Assembly: GCA_027624235.1 (NCBI GenBank)
Contig: JAQBYB010000005.1
Location: 1,794 to 65,793 of the forward strand
Direction of reading: 5' to 3'
Length of the DNA stretch: 64,000 bases
From: Pseudomonadota bacterium
GTDB taxonomy: Bacteria > Pseudomonadota > Alphaproteobacteria > Rhodospirillales > Casp-alpha2
Positions 39,161 to 47,352 of the stretch are shown piece after piece; the first letter of the stretch is position 1, and every line of letters begins with the position of its first letter. The notes beneath the pieces are model-generated. The model made no database searches and was not told where the DNA came from. It worked only from the letters and a program-made list of their open reading frames with translations. Both the position numbers and the translations under genes were made by a program.

Positions 39161-39676
39161 ATGCCGAATTCGTCGCCAATCAAAAAAGCCGCCGCACAGG
39201 TCAGTGACGACCGCCCGTCGATGGCAACCTTTGTCCTGAAGTATGCGGACACCGACCTTTTGTGTTATCGGGCCGACCATCCGACCGAACTGCGGGAGCG
39301 CCAGCAGCAAGCCTGGCAGCCGCTGCTTGATTGGGCCGCGACGACGTTCCAGGCCCGTCTGCTGGTGACGAAAGGGATCAGCCCCGTTGATCAACCCGCC
39401 GAGGCGTTGTCCCACCTGCAAAGCGCGGTAGAAGCCCTGGATGATCGAGCCCTAGCGGCATTGGCGGTGCTGACCCAGGCGTGCGGTTCCTTGATTATCG
39501 GCCTTGCCGTCATCAAGGGCCATCTTGACGCCGAGCAAGCGATGCTGGCCTCGCAACTGGACGAACGCTGGCAAACGCAAAAATGGGGCGAAGACGAAGA
39601 CGACAGGAAACGCCGGGATGGATTAAAAGGTGAAATCCAGGCGGCGATTGATTTCCTTAAACTTGTTCCAAGTTAA
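39161..39676 (+). CDS. ATP12-like protein, short form (only the C-terminal helical portion)
   Basis: 171 aa containing ...[29 protein letters not shown]...[19 protein letters not shown]... This recalls the C-terminal half of the F1-ATPase assembly chaperone ATP12. An in-frame TAA three codons upstream (39149-39151) precludes a longer N-terminus. Confidence 0.6.
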   Translation: MPNSSPIKKAAAQVSDDRPSMATFVLKYADTDLLCYRADHPTELRERQQQAWQPLLDWAATTFQARLLVTKGISPVDQPAEALSHLQSAVEALDDRALAALAVLTQACGSLIIGLAVIKGHLDAEQAMLASQLDERWQTQKWGEDEDDRKRRDGLKGEIQAAIDFLKLVPS

Positions 39677-39713
39677 TAAGAGTCTTAGGCTAACTTTCGG
39701 GTCGGGAGGGCTC

Positions 39714-41246
39714 ATGCAGAACATCATTCGACAACTTGAAGAAAAGCGTCAGCGCGCCCGTCTCGGCGGCGGTAAGGAACGGATCGATGCCCAACACGCC
39801 AAGGGCAAACTGACCGCCCGCGAACGTATTGATCTGTTGCTCGACCCCGATTCCTTCGAAGAATGGGATATGTTCGTCGAGCATCGCAGCACCGATTTCG
39901 GTATGGAAAAAAACTCCATTCCAAGTGATGGTGTCGTCACTGGTTTCGGCACCGTCAACGGCCGCCTGATTTTCCTCTATTCTCAGGATTTCACCGTCTT
40001 CGGCGGCTCGCTGTCCGAGGCCCATGCCGAAAAAATCTGCAAGATCATGGACCAGGCGATGAAGGTCGGTGCACCGGTGATCGGCATCAACGATTCCGGC
40101 GGCGCCCGGATTCAGGAAGGGGTGGCGGCCCTGGCCGGGTACGCCGAGGTGTTCCAACGCAACGTCCTGGCATCGGGCGTCATTCCGCAAATTTCCATCA
40201 TCATGGGGCCGTGCGCCGGCGGGGCGGTGTATTCCCCGGCGATTACCGACTTTATTTTCATGGTCGAAGGAACATCTTATATGTTCGTTACCGGACCCGA
40301 TGTGGTCAAGACCGTCACCCATGAGGAAGTTACGCAAGAGCAATTGGGCGGCGCCGTCACCCATACGACCAAATCCGGCGTCGCCGACAAGGCGTTCAAT
40401 GACGATGCCGAGGCGCTGTTGATGCTTCGCCGGTTCATTGATTATCTGCCAGCCAATAATCGGGAACAGCCACCGTCCCGGCCGACCCCGGATCTCGGCG
40501 ACCGGGTTGAGATCGGCCTCGATACCCTCATCCCCGACGACCCGGCGAAGCCCTACGACATGATGGAACTGATCACCAAGGTCGTCGATGAAGGCGATTT
40601 TTTCGAACTGCAACCGGGCTACGCCGGCAATATCATCGTCGGGTTCGGCCGCATGGAGGGCTCGACCGTCGGCATCGTCGCCAATCAGCCGATGGTGCTG
40701 GCCGGTTGCCTGGATATCTCGTCCTCGATCAAGGCGGCCCGGTTCGTGCGGTTCTGCGACTGCTTCAACATTCCCATCGTCACCTTTGTCGATGTGCCAG
40801 GCTTCCTGCCCGGCACCGCCCAGGAATACGGCGGCATCATCAAACATGGGGCGAAACTGCTGTTCGCCTATGCCGAGGCGACGGTGCCCAAGGTCACGGT
40901 GATCACCCGCAAGGCCTATGGCGGGGCCTATGACGTGATGAGTTCAAAACACCTGCGCGGCGACGTTAATTTCGCCTGGCCGTCGGCGGAAATAGCGGTG
41001 ATGGGGCCGAAGGGCGCGGTCGAAATCATCTTTCGCGGCGACATCGGCGATGCGGACAAGATCGCGGCCCGCACCGAGGAATACCGGCAACGCTTCGCCA
41101 ACCCGTTTATCGCCGGCCACCGCGGCTATATCGACGACGTCATCATGCCGCACAACACCCGGGTGCGGATTGCCAAGAGCCTGCGTATGCTGCGCGGCAA
41201 AAAGCTCGATAACCCGTGGAAGAAGCACGGCAATATTCCGCTGTGA
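39714..41246 (+). CDS. pccB: Propionyl-CoA carboxylase beta subunit (carboxyltransferase)
   Basis: ATG at 39714 with a GGGAGGG RBS. 510 aa, [20 protein letters not shown]...[18 protein letters not shown]..., a carboxyltransferase fold throughout. Confidence 0.93.
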   Translation: MQNIIRQLEEKRQRARLGGGKERIDAQHAKGKLTARERIDLLLDPDSFEEWDMFVEHRSTDFGMEKNSIPSDGVVTGFGTVNGRLIFLYSQDFTVFGGSLSEAHAEKICKIMDQAMKVGAPVIGINDSGGARIQEGVAALAGYAEVFQRNVLASGVIPQISIIMGPCAGGAVYSPAITDFIFMVEGTSYMFVTGPDVVKTVTHEEVTQEQLGGAVTHTTKSGVADKAFNDDAEALLMLRRFIDYLPANNREQPPSRPTPDLGDRVEIGLDTLIPDDPAKPYDMMELITKVVDEGDFFELQPGYAGNIIVGFGRMEGSTVGIVANQPMVLAGCLDISSSIKAARFVRFCDCFNIPIVTFVDVPGFLPGTAQEYGGIIKHGAKLLFAYAEATVPKVTVITRKAYGGAYDVMSSKHLRGDVNFAWPSAEIAVMGPKGAVEIIFRGDIGDADKIAARTEEYRQRFANPFIAGHRGYIDDVIMPHNTRVRIAKSLRMLRGKKLDNPWKKHGNIPL

Positions 41247-41738
41247 GCGGGCCATGCGACGGACGGTCACGGAATGCGACGCCAAAATAACGCATACCCA
41301 CTTGAATTTTAAAAGAAAATTATCCAGATAATAACGGATCGCACCGGAAAAATTGTCAGCAATAGTACACATAGGTCTACATTTGTCGTCATTGGCATTT
41401 TTGTTCAGCCCATAGTAAGCATCCGCCAACGAAACGCCGCCCATCCGACGTCATTGTAACAACCTTGATTCTTGCCAGTGGCGCACACCCATACCCACCC
41501 GCCCCTTTGGGCAGGCCGGAAAATTGAGCCGCCGGTTTGCATCCCTAACGCCAGATACCTACCGGCCCATATTCACCGTGTTAAAGAGCAAAAAAAATAA
41601 CAGAACAAATATAGAACATTTTCTGAAAAAAGTCAAGGGGGGGAATATTGGTAGGTCATATTGATGATGTCTTGTGTGGATGGCTCCCGCAAATGACCGG
41701 CCATTTTGTCTAATTTCGTGTTCGGCAAAATTTTAGCC

Positions 41739-41770
41739 TTGATTCAGTACTATGGTACGGGGTTTATGGT
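41739..41770 (+). promoter_or_regulatory. MerR-type promoter/operator upstream of the regulator gene
   Basis: TTGATT (41739-41744), an over-long 19-20-nt spacer carrying the dyad cAGTACtatgGTACgg, then TATGGT (41765-41770). Confidence 0.6.
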
Positions 41771-41785
41771 CTGACGAGGTGCTTC

Positions 41786-42208
41786 ATGGAAATACTGACG
41801 ATAAGCAAGGCAGCCATACAGGCAGGTGTGGGCGTGGAAACGATCCGTTTCTACGAACGCAAGGGATTGATCCGACAACCGCTTAAACCTCAAAATAGTG
41901 GATACCGGAATTATCCAAGCGACACCGTCAAAACAATTCGTTTCATTCGGCAGGCTCAGGAACTTGGTTTTTCTTTACGAGAAATCGAAGAGTTGCTGGC
42001 TCTCAAAGCCGATCCTGCAACCGATTGTGCCGATGTCCGCGAGCGTGCAATTGAGAAATTGGAAGAGGTCGAACGAAAGATTTCTCAATTATATAAAATG
42101 GGCTCAGCCCTCAAATCCGTTATCGCGTCATGTCCTTCTCGCGGGGGTTTAGATGGTTGTTCGATTATGGAGGCGCTGGAAAGCTCCTCTTCCGAGAGTG
42201 AGCGATAG
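41786..42208 (+). CDS. merR: MerR-family metal-responsive regulator, three-Cys MerR/PbrR type
   Basis: 140 aa. The HTH is ...AGVGVETIRFYERKGLI..., and Cys81, Cys116 and Cys125 have the same spacing as C82/C117/C126 of Tn21/Tn501 MerR. Confidence 0.8.
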   Translation: MEILTISKAAIQAGVGVETIRFYERKGLIRQPLKPQNSGYRNYPSDTVKTIRFIRQAQELGFSLREIEELLALKADPATDCADVRERAIEKLEEVERKISQLYKMGSALKSVIASCPSRGGLDGCSIMEALESSSSESER

Positions 42209-42231
42209 CTGGCCATCTAAAGGTTATTTAT

Positions 42232-42276
42232 TAAGCTAAGCTAAGCTAAGCTAAGCTAAGCTAAGCTAAGCTAAGC
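42232..42276. repeat. Pentanucleotide microsatellite (TAAGC)x9
   Basis: Nine perfect tandem TAAGC units, 24 nt after the regulator stop and 72 nt before the next -35 box. Confidence 0.98.
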
Positions 42277-42348
42277 CCGCCTGGAAAGAGCCGGATTAGG
42301 CAATTGCTTCACGCAAACACCGTATCCCGCTTTCTGTAAAATCCCTTA

Positions 42349-42380
42349 TTGACTCCGTACTATACTACGGCATTTAGCAT
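42349..42380 (+). promoter_or_regulatory. mer-operator-like promoter for the HMA-to-ATPase operon
   Basis: TTGACTCCGTACtataCTACGGcatTTAGCAT. The -35 box plus left half-site are identical to the Tn21 merT promoter start (TTGACTCCGTAC, from memory). Spacer is 19-20 nt and the -10 box is TTAGCA/TAGCAT. Confidence 0.65.
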
Positions 42381-42480
42381 GCCTTACATGGTGAGAGCAT
42401 CGATGTATGAGTCCCGCTTGCATCTCAGGAAACAGCTAGGCGTCCCGCCCCTGCTGTTTTTATTGTAACGGAGAATCAAA

Positions 42481-42705
42481 ATGAACACTCTTGATCTAAC
42501 TATTGACGGTATGCACTGTGATGGTTGTGCAACGCGCATCCGCTCCCTGCTCGAAAAGGACAGCGGCATTCGCGAGGTTTCCGTTTCGTTCGAAACAGGA
42601 ATGGGCCGCATCATTTATAGCCCGCAATCAACCGACGAGGAACGGATCGTCGCGATCATCGAACGCGCCAGGTTCACCATTACCAATGGCATAAGCCATG
42701 GTTGA
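42481..42705 (+). CDS. Heavy-metal-associated (HMA) domain protein, cytoplasmic chaperone-like
   Basis: 74 aa, MNTLDLTIDGMHCDGCATRIRSLLEK... (GMxCxxC), with no signal peptide. GGAG RBS lies 7 nt upstream. Confidence 0.88.
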   Translation: MNTLDLTIDGMHCDGCATRIRSLLEKDSGIREVSVSFETGMGRIIYSPQSTDEERIVAIIERARFTITNGISHG

Positions 42706-43372
42706 CGATCAACTTATTAATTTGGTTCTACTCTCCATTGGCCTCGGGCTTTTCGGCTTTGTCGAGCCTTGTTCGGTCGGCTCCAGCCTTTTGTTTATTA
42801 AATTCATCGAAGGCCGCGACCGGGCAGCCAAAATTTCCCAGGTCGTCATTTTCATGATGACGCGAGCTCTGTTCATCGGTGTCATGGGGGCGGGCGCGGC
42901 TTTTATCGGCGCCTTGTTCATCAACCTTCAAAAAGGCGGATGGTTGGTACTAGGAGTGGCCTACATCCTGTTGGGCATATTGTATGTAATCGGCAAGGGC
43001 GGCGTTATTTCCCGGTCCATCGGTATCGGCATGTCACGGATTTCAGGGAAGCAGGGAAGCGCAGTATTGGGTGTCTTTTTCGGCCTCAACATACCGGCTT
43101 GCGCAGCACCTCTTATTTTTGCGCTTCTCGGAGTAACCGCCCTGGGAACCACCCCCAATGTGAGCAACGGGTTTATCTCTCTGTCCTTGTTCGGTTTGGC
43201 TTTGTCGATGCCCTTGTTGGCGGCTTTGCTGTTCGCACCGGTGCGCCGCGCCCTTGATCGCCTCACCGGTCTGTCCGTTCGAATGCCGTTTTGGACCGGC
43301 GTCCTGTTTGTCGCACTCGGCCTGTGGTCGGTGTATTTCGGGCTGTTTGTAAATTTGGAGGATTGGACTTGA
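42698..43372 (+). CDS. CcdA/DsbD_2-like six-TM membrane protein with two intramembrane Cys
   Basis: 224 aa and about 6 TM helices, with Cys in VEPCSVGS (TM1) and NIPACAAPL (TM4) as in cytochrome c biogenesis/UreH-like transmembrane families. Its start overlaps the HMA gene by 8 nt. Confidence 0.65.
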   Translation: MVDDQLINLVLLSIGLGLFGFVEPCSVGSSLLFIKFIEGRDRAAKISQVVIFMMTRALFIGVMGAGAAFIGALFINLQKGGWLVLGVAYILLGILYVIGKGGVISRSIGIGMSRISGKQGSAVLGVFFGLNIPACAAPLIFALLGVTALGTTPNVSNGFISLSLFGLALSMPLLAALLFAPVRRALDRLTGLSVRMPFWTGVLFVALGLWSVYFGLFVNLEDWT

Positions 43373-44811
43373 AAAGAGCGCTCTCTGTCACTGCGTTGGC
43401 GGTATCCCTGTGGACCTCGTCTGCCGTGGCCGACGACAAAGGGTTTCACTACGACGAAAATAGCGTCGGGCCCGCCACCTATTACGCTGCGATTTCCAAC
43501 CTCGCCAACGCCGTCATGTTCTCGGGGTTGGGTGAAGAGTTGATTGTGTCGCCCTATGAACGGGACGACTGGCTGCGCCGAGCGGGATACGTCACCCGCC
43601 CGCCGATGCCCGATATGGGGATTGTCGGCCCGGTTTACGCGTCGTCCGAACCGGCGTTTGAGAAGGCCCCTGATTTTTCCAAACCGGAGACCCTGCGTTG
43701 GAAGACTGACGGCGTCGATCGCACACTCGATCCCGGTGCTCAGGCATGGACGTTACTAAAAATCACCAGTCCTCAGTTCCATCTTCAATTTCACGACCTG
43801 CCGGAAAACAAGATTGCTGCGTTGATGATGGTTCCGCAGGCCCGTGTTCAGGCCAGCGTTCTTGTTGATCGCCTTCGTAATGATGATGGCGTATTCGCGC
43901 CCCGGTCGCCGGATGGAAAGTTTCTTAGCGCCACCCCTCGTGATCAGGCGGCGGTGCTGTGGGCGGCATCCAGTTTAATCCATGCCGGGAGCAGCTCACG
44001 AGATGACTACTGGCATAAGGCTTATGGTGATCTCACCAAGGCCGATAAATACCGCCCCCTTGCCGATCACGCTTTTGCCGCCCTCGACAAACTGCCGCCG
44101 CGCAGACCGGCTGAACGCGCCATCGCCATCGAAGCGCTTGGCCTCTACGCGTTGGCTTTGCGCGATGACGCCAAGCGCCGTCAAGCCATCGAGCGAGCGC
44201 GCACACACGCTAATGTATTGAAAAAGGAAACGCTGAGCGCGCTCGAAGATATCGCACTCGGTATCTATGGCCTTGTCGAAGCGGGCCGCTTGCTGGGCGA
44301 CAAAAGCTATGCCGACGCTGCCGCTGAACGGTTCCGGTCTACCTTGATGCCGCTATGGAATGACACCGCCGGTGTTTTCCTGTCGTCGAACGGCAAAGGC
44401 ATCTACACGCCGAACACGGTAGGCGCCGTCGTCGCCGCGCTGAACGCCCTCCGCTGGTACGGCCCGGACGATCTGGCCGGTGAGGCGGCCCGCCTCTACC
44501 CCAGGTTCTTCGAGAACGCGATCATCCGTTCCGGCCTGTTGCGTGCTAGTCCATTGGCCTTGGTTTCCAAGAATTACCGCGATGCTCAACCGGCCGCTTA
44601 TTTCGCCCATCCCCTACTGCCCGACTCGAAGGACACCGGCACCGCACCCGTGTTCGCCGCCATGGTCGTCTACGAAGGCGGAACGTGGTCGGTAGCTGAA
44701 ACCGCCTTCGAGACCAGCGCCGCCATGTTCCTGTCCAACATGTTGGCCTTGAAAAGCGATGGCCGAGCCGACCCCTTCCTGCCCGACGACTTGTTGTCGG
44801 CGATCCGTTAA
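43369..44811 (+). CDS. Secreted protein of unknown function (cysteine-free, helix-rich)
   Basis: TTG start at 43369 forms a TTGA overlap with the upstream stop, with GGAGG 7 nt upstream. The signal peptide is KRALSVTALAVSLWTSSAVA/DD. 480 aa with no recognisable catalytic or metal motif. Confidence 0.7.
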   Translation: MKRALSVTALAVSLWTSSAVADDKGFHYDENSVGPATYYAAISNLANAVMFSGLGEELIVSPYERDDWLRRAGYVTRPPMPDMGIVGPVYASSEPAFEKAPDFSKPETLRWKTDGVDRTLDPGAQAWTLLKITSPQFHLQFHDLPENKIAALMMVPQARVQASVLVDRLRNDDGVFAPRSPDGKFLSATPRDQAAVLWAASSLIHAGSSSRDDYWHKAYGDLTKADKYRPLADHAFAALDKLPPRRPAERAIAIEALGLYALALRDDAKRRQAIERARTHANVLKKETLSALEDIALGIYGLVEAGRLLGDKSYADAAAERFRSTLMPLWNDTAGVFLSSNGKGIYTPNTVGAVVAALNALRWYGPDDLAGEAARLYPRFFENAIIRSGLLRASPLALVSKNYRDAQPAAYFAHPLLPDSKDTGTAPVFAAMVVYEGGTWSVAETAFETSAAMFLSNMLALKSDGRADPFLPDDLLSAIR

Positions 44812-44820
44812 AGGAAAAAA

Positions 44821-47352
44821 ATGATGACTTCTACCTCCACTATGGCGGCTTCTGCGGATCGGGGTCTCGCGACCCTGCAACTGAAGATCGGCGGCATGAG
44901 CTGCTCATTCTGCGCCAACTCCATCGAGAAAGCCTTGTTCAAGGAAAAGGGTGTCGATGAGGTCCACGTCTCGCTCGCCCACGAGGAAACCCTGGTCCGC
45001 TATTACGCCGACAAGACGTCTCCCTCTGCGATCAAGGACACCATGCGGGCGTTGGGTTTCATCATTCGTGACCCCAACAAAGTAAAAGCTTTTGAGGAAC
45101 AGCAGAAGGCGGCACGGGAAGAACGCCACGACCTGATGACATCGGCGACTTGCGCCATAACATTGTTTGTCGCCATGTCGGCGATGTGGCTGGACCTGTG
45201 GCGGATGCAGAACTGGCACGTTTGGAGTGCGTGGGGGATATCGACGTTTGTTTTCCTGTGGAACGGTCGCCGTATTATCCGCATGGCCTGGGGTGCGGCA
45301 TGGCGCGGCATCACCAACCAGCATGTTCTGCTGAGCATCGGCGCTATCGGTGCCTATATCGGTGGTGTGTTAGGGAGTCCAATACCGTTTTTGGATTGGT
45401 ACGGTTTTGTCGGTTTCCCTGCTGTCGACTTCTTCGGCGTCGTGGTGTTCCTCACCACGTACCACCTGTTGTCGGGCTACATTTCGATGCTCGTTCGGAC
45501 CAAGGCATCCGAAAGCGTCCGTAAACTTCTCGACATGCAACCGGCAACGGCGCGCGTCGTTCGCGACGGCGTGGAAGAGGAAGTCGATATCGAAGTCGTT
45601 CTGGTCGGTGACCATGTCCGTATCCGCCCCGGCGAGAAGGTTCCTGTCGATGGCCGGGTGCTGGAAGGTCATAGCGCCATCGACGAATCTCTTGTCACAG
45701 GCGAACCCATTCCTTTAGATAAAAATGCTGGCACAGAAGTGATCGGCGGCAGCACCAACCAGACTGGCACTCTGCTGGTTGAGGTAACCCGGATTGGCGA
45801 GGACAGTTTCCTGCGCCAGGTCGCCCGCCATGTTGAGGAAGCCAAGGCGATGAAGCCCGGCATCATCGTTCTCGTTGACCGGGTGCTCAAACATTACGTT
45901 CCGGCGGTCCTCACCATCTCTCTGGCGGCCCTTCTCTTCTGGGGCTTCACCCCGGACGCCTGGACGGCGGAGCCCCACTGGGTGCGAGCCATCTACGCCG
46001 CCGTAACGGTCCTGGTGATGGGCTATCCGTGTGCACTCGGCATGGCGACACCGCTGGCGTTAATACGAGGCGGCGGTATGGCGGCCGAGCGTGGAATCCT
46101 GATCCGTTCGGGCGAGGCGTTCCAAACTCTCAAGGATGTCACCCACGTCGTCCTCGATAAAACCGGCACCATCACCGAAGGAAAACCGAGTGTCACCGAG
46201 ATTGATAGCCTGGGCGCACTCAGCCGAGACGAGGTTTTGCGTTTTGTCGCATCGGTGGAGGCGCCGTCCGAGCATCCCTTGGGCCGCGCCATCGTTGCCG
46301 CCGCAGAAGACGAAGGGCTGAGCCTGGCCTCGTGTGAAGGTTTTCAGGCCGTCACCGGCGCCGGGGTCGAGGCCACGGTGGACGGTAGAAAGGTTGTCGC
46401 CGGCACCCATCGTTTTTTGACCTCGCACGGCATCGACAGCCAAGCAGCGACGGCGTTGCTGACGCGCCATGAGAAAAACGCACACACCGCCATCCTTGTT
46501 GCCGTCAATGGTCAAGTAGCGGGTATCGTCGCCATCACCGATGCCATCAAGGCGGATGCGGCAGAAAGCATTGTTGAGATGAAGGCACGCGGGCTCGTTC
46601 CCTTGTTGGTTACCGGTGACAATCGCCACACGGCTGAAGCCGTAGCCCGGCAAGTGGGAATCGATGACGTTCGCGCGGAAGTATTGCCCCAGGAGAAGGC
46701 GGCGATTGTCCGTGACCTCCAGGCCGAAGGCGGTCGCGTCGCAATGGTAGGAGACGGCATCAACGACGCTCCGGCGCTGATGCAGGCCGACGTTGGCATA
46801 GCCATCGGTGCGGGAACCGACATCGCCATTGAAAGTTCGGACGTTATCATTGTCGGCAACCGGGTCGGCGCCATTCTGGACGCCCGCGACATCGGTGCCG
46901 CGAGTTACAGTAAGACGGTACAGAACCTCTGGCTGGCATTCTTCTTCAACGGTGTCGGTGTGCCGTTGGCGACGACGGGCCTGGTCCATCCTTCCTGGGC
47001 GATGATCGCCATGGCCGCCAGTGTGAGCGCCGTGCTCGCCAACTCCTTCGGTGGGCGGCTGCTTGTCTCCAAAGCGAACATTACCGATGGGATTGAAACA
47101 CCGAAGCTGATTGCTGACAAGAAACTGGTCTTTTCGGTGCCCGGCATTCACTGTGCCGGGTGCGTTAACACCATCAGCATGTACCTGAAGACCAATCCCG
47201 GGGTTGATTCGGTTGAGGGAGACGCGAAAGAAAAAACCGTAAAGGTCTCTTTTCAATCGGACACAGTAACCATTGAACGGCTACAAGAAATGTTCCAGGA
47301 AATCGGCTTTGATGCCAGCGATCCCACAACTCCGTCTTCTCCGCCGCACTAA
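44821..47352 (+). CDS. Heavy-metal translocating P1B-type ATPase with N- and C-terminal HMA domains
   Basis: 843 aa. It contains GMSCSFC (N-terminal HMA), TGEP, DKTGT, SEHPL, GDGINDAP and GIHCAGC (C-terminal HMA). The TM6 motif reads YPC instead of CPC. Confidence 0.93.
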   Translation: MMTSTSTMAASADRGLATLQLKIGGMSCSFCANSIEKALFKEKGVDEVHVSLAHEETLVRYYADKTSPSAIKDTMRALGFIIRDPNKVKAFEEQQKAAREERHDLMTSATCAITLFVAMSAMWLDLWRMQNWHVWSAWGISTFVFLWNGRRIIRMAWGAAWRGITNQHVLLSIGAIGAYIGGVLGSPIPFLDWYGFVGFPAVDFFGVVVFLTTYHLLSGYISMLVRTKASESVRKLLDMQPATARVVRDGVEEEVDIEVVLVGDHVRIRPGEKVPVDGRVLEGHSAIDESLVTGEPIPLDKNAGTEVIGGSTNQTGTLLVEVTRIGEDSFLRQVARHVEEAKAMKPGIIVLVDRVLKHYVPAVLTISLAALLFWGFTPDAWTAEPHWVRAIYAAVTVLVMGYPCALGMATPLALIRGGGMAAERGILIRSGEAFQTLKDVTHVVLDKTGTITEGKPSVTEIDSLGALSRDEVLRFVASVEAPSEHPLGRAIVAAAEDEGLSLASCEGFQAVTGAGVEATVDGRKVVAGTHRFLTSHGIDSQAATALLTRHEKNAHTAILVAVNGQVAGIVAITDAIKADAAESIVEMKARGLVPLLVTGDNRHTAEAVARQVGIDDVRAEVLPQEKAAIVRDLQAEGGRVAMVGDGINDAPALMQADVGIAIGAGTDIAIESSDVIIVGNRVGAILDARDIGAASYSKTVQNLWLAFFFNGVGVPLATTGLVHPSWAMIAMAASVSAVLANSFGGRLLVSKANITDGIETPKLIADKKLVFSVPGIHCAGCVNTISMYLKTNPGVDSVEGDAKEKTVKVSFQSDTVTIERLQEMFQEIGFDASDPTTPSSPPH

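Noticed and set aside
39690-40847. 385-aa minus-strand ORF inside pccB
   Set aside because: It lies opposite a complete carboxyltransferase gene. The product is Gly/Asp/Arg-rich with no recognisable domain.
42232-42276. Possible CRISPR-like or coding repeat
   Set aside because: The units are 5 nt, contiguous and without spacers, and the tract carries stops in every forward frame. It is a plain microsatellite.
46060-47256. 398-aa minus-strand ORF inside the P-type ATPase gene
   Set aside because: It is antisense to an ORF that carries every P1B catalytic motif, and its low-complexity Arg/Gly-rich translation has none.
41786-47352. Calling this a canonical mer (mercury resistance) operon
   Set aside because: No merA, merT, merP, merC or merD is present in the window. 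Three-Cys MerR relatives also sense Pb and Cd, so only a mer-like regulatory module can be claimed.
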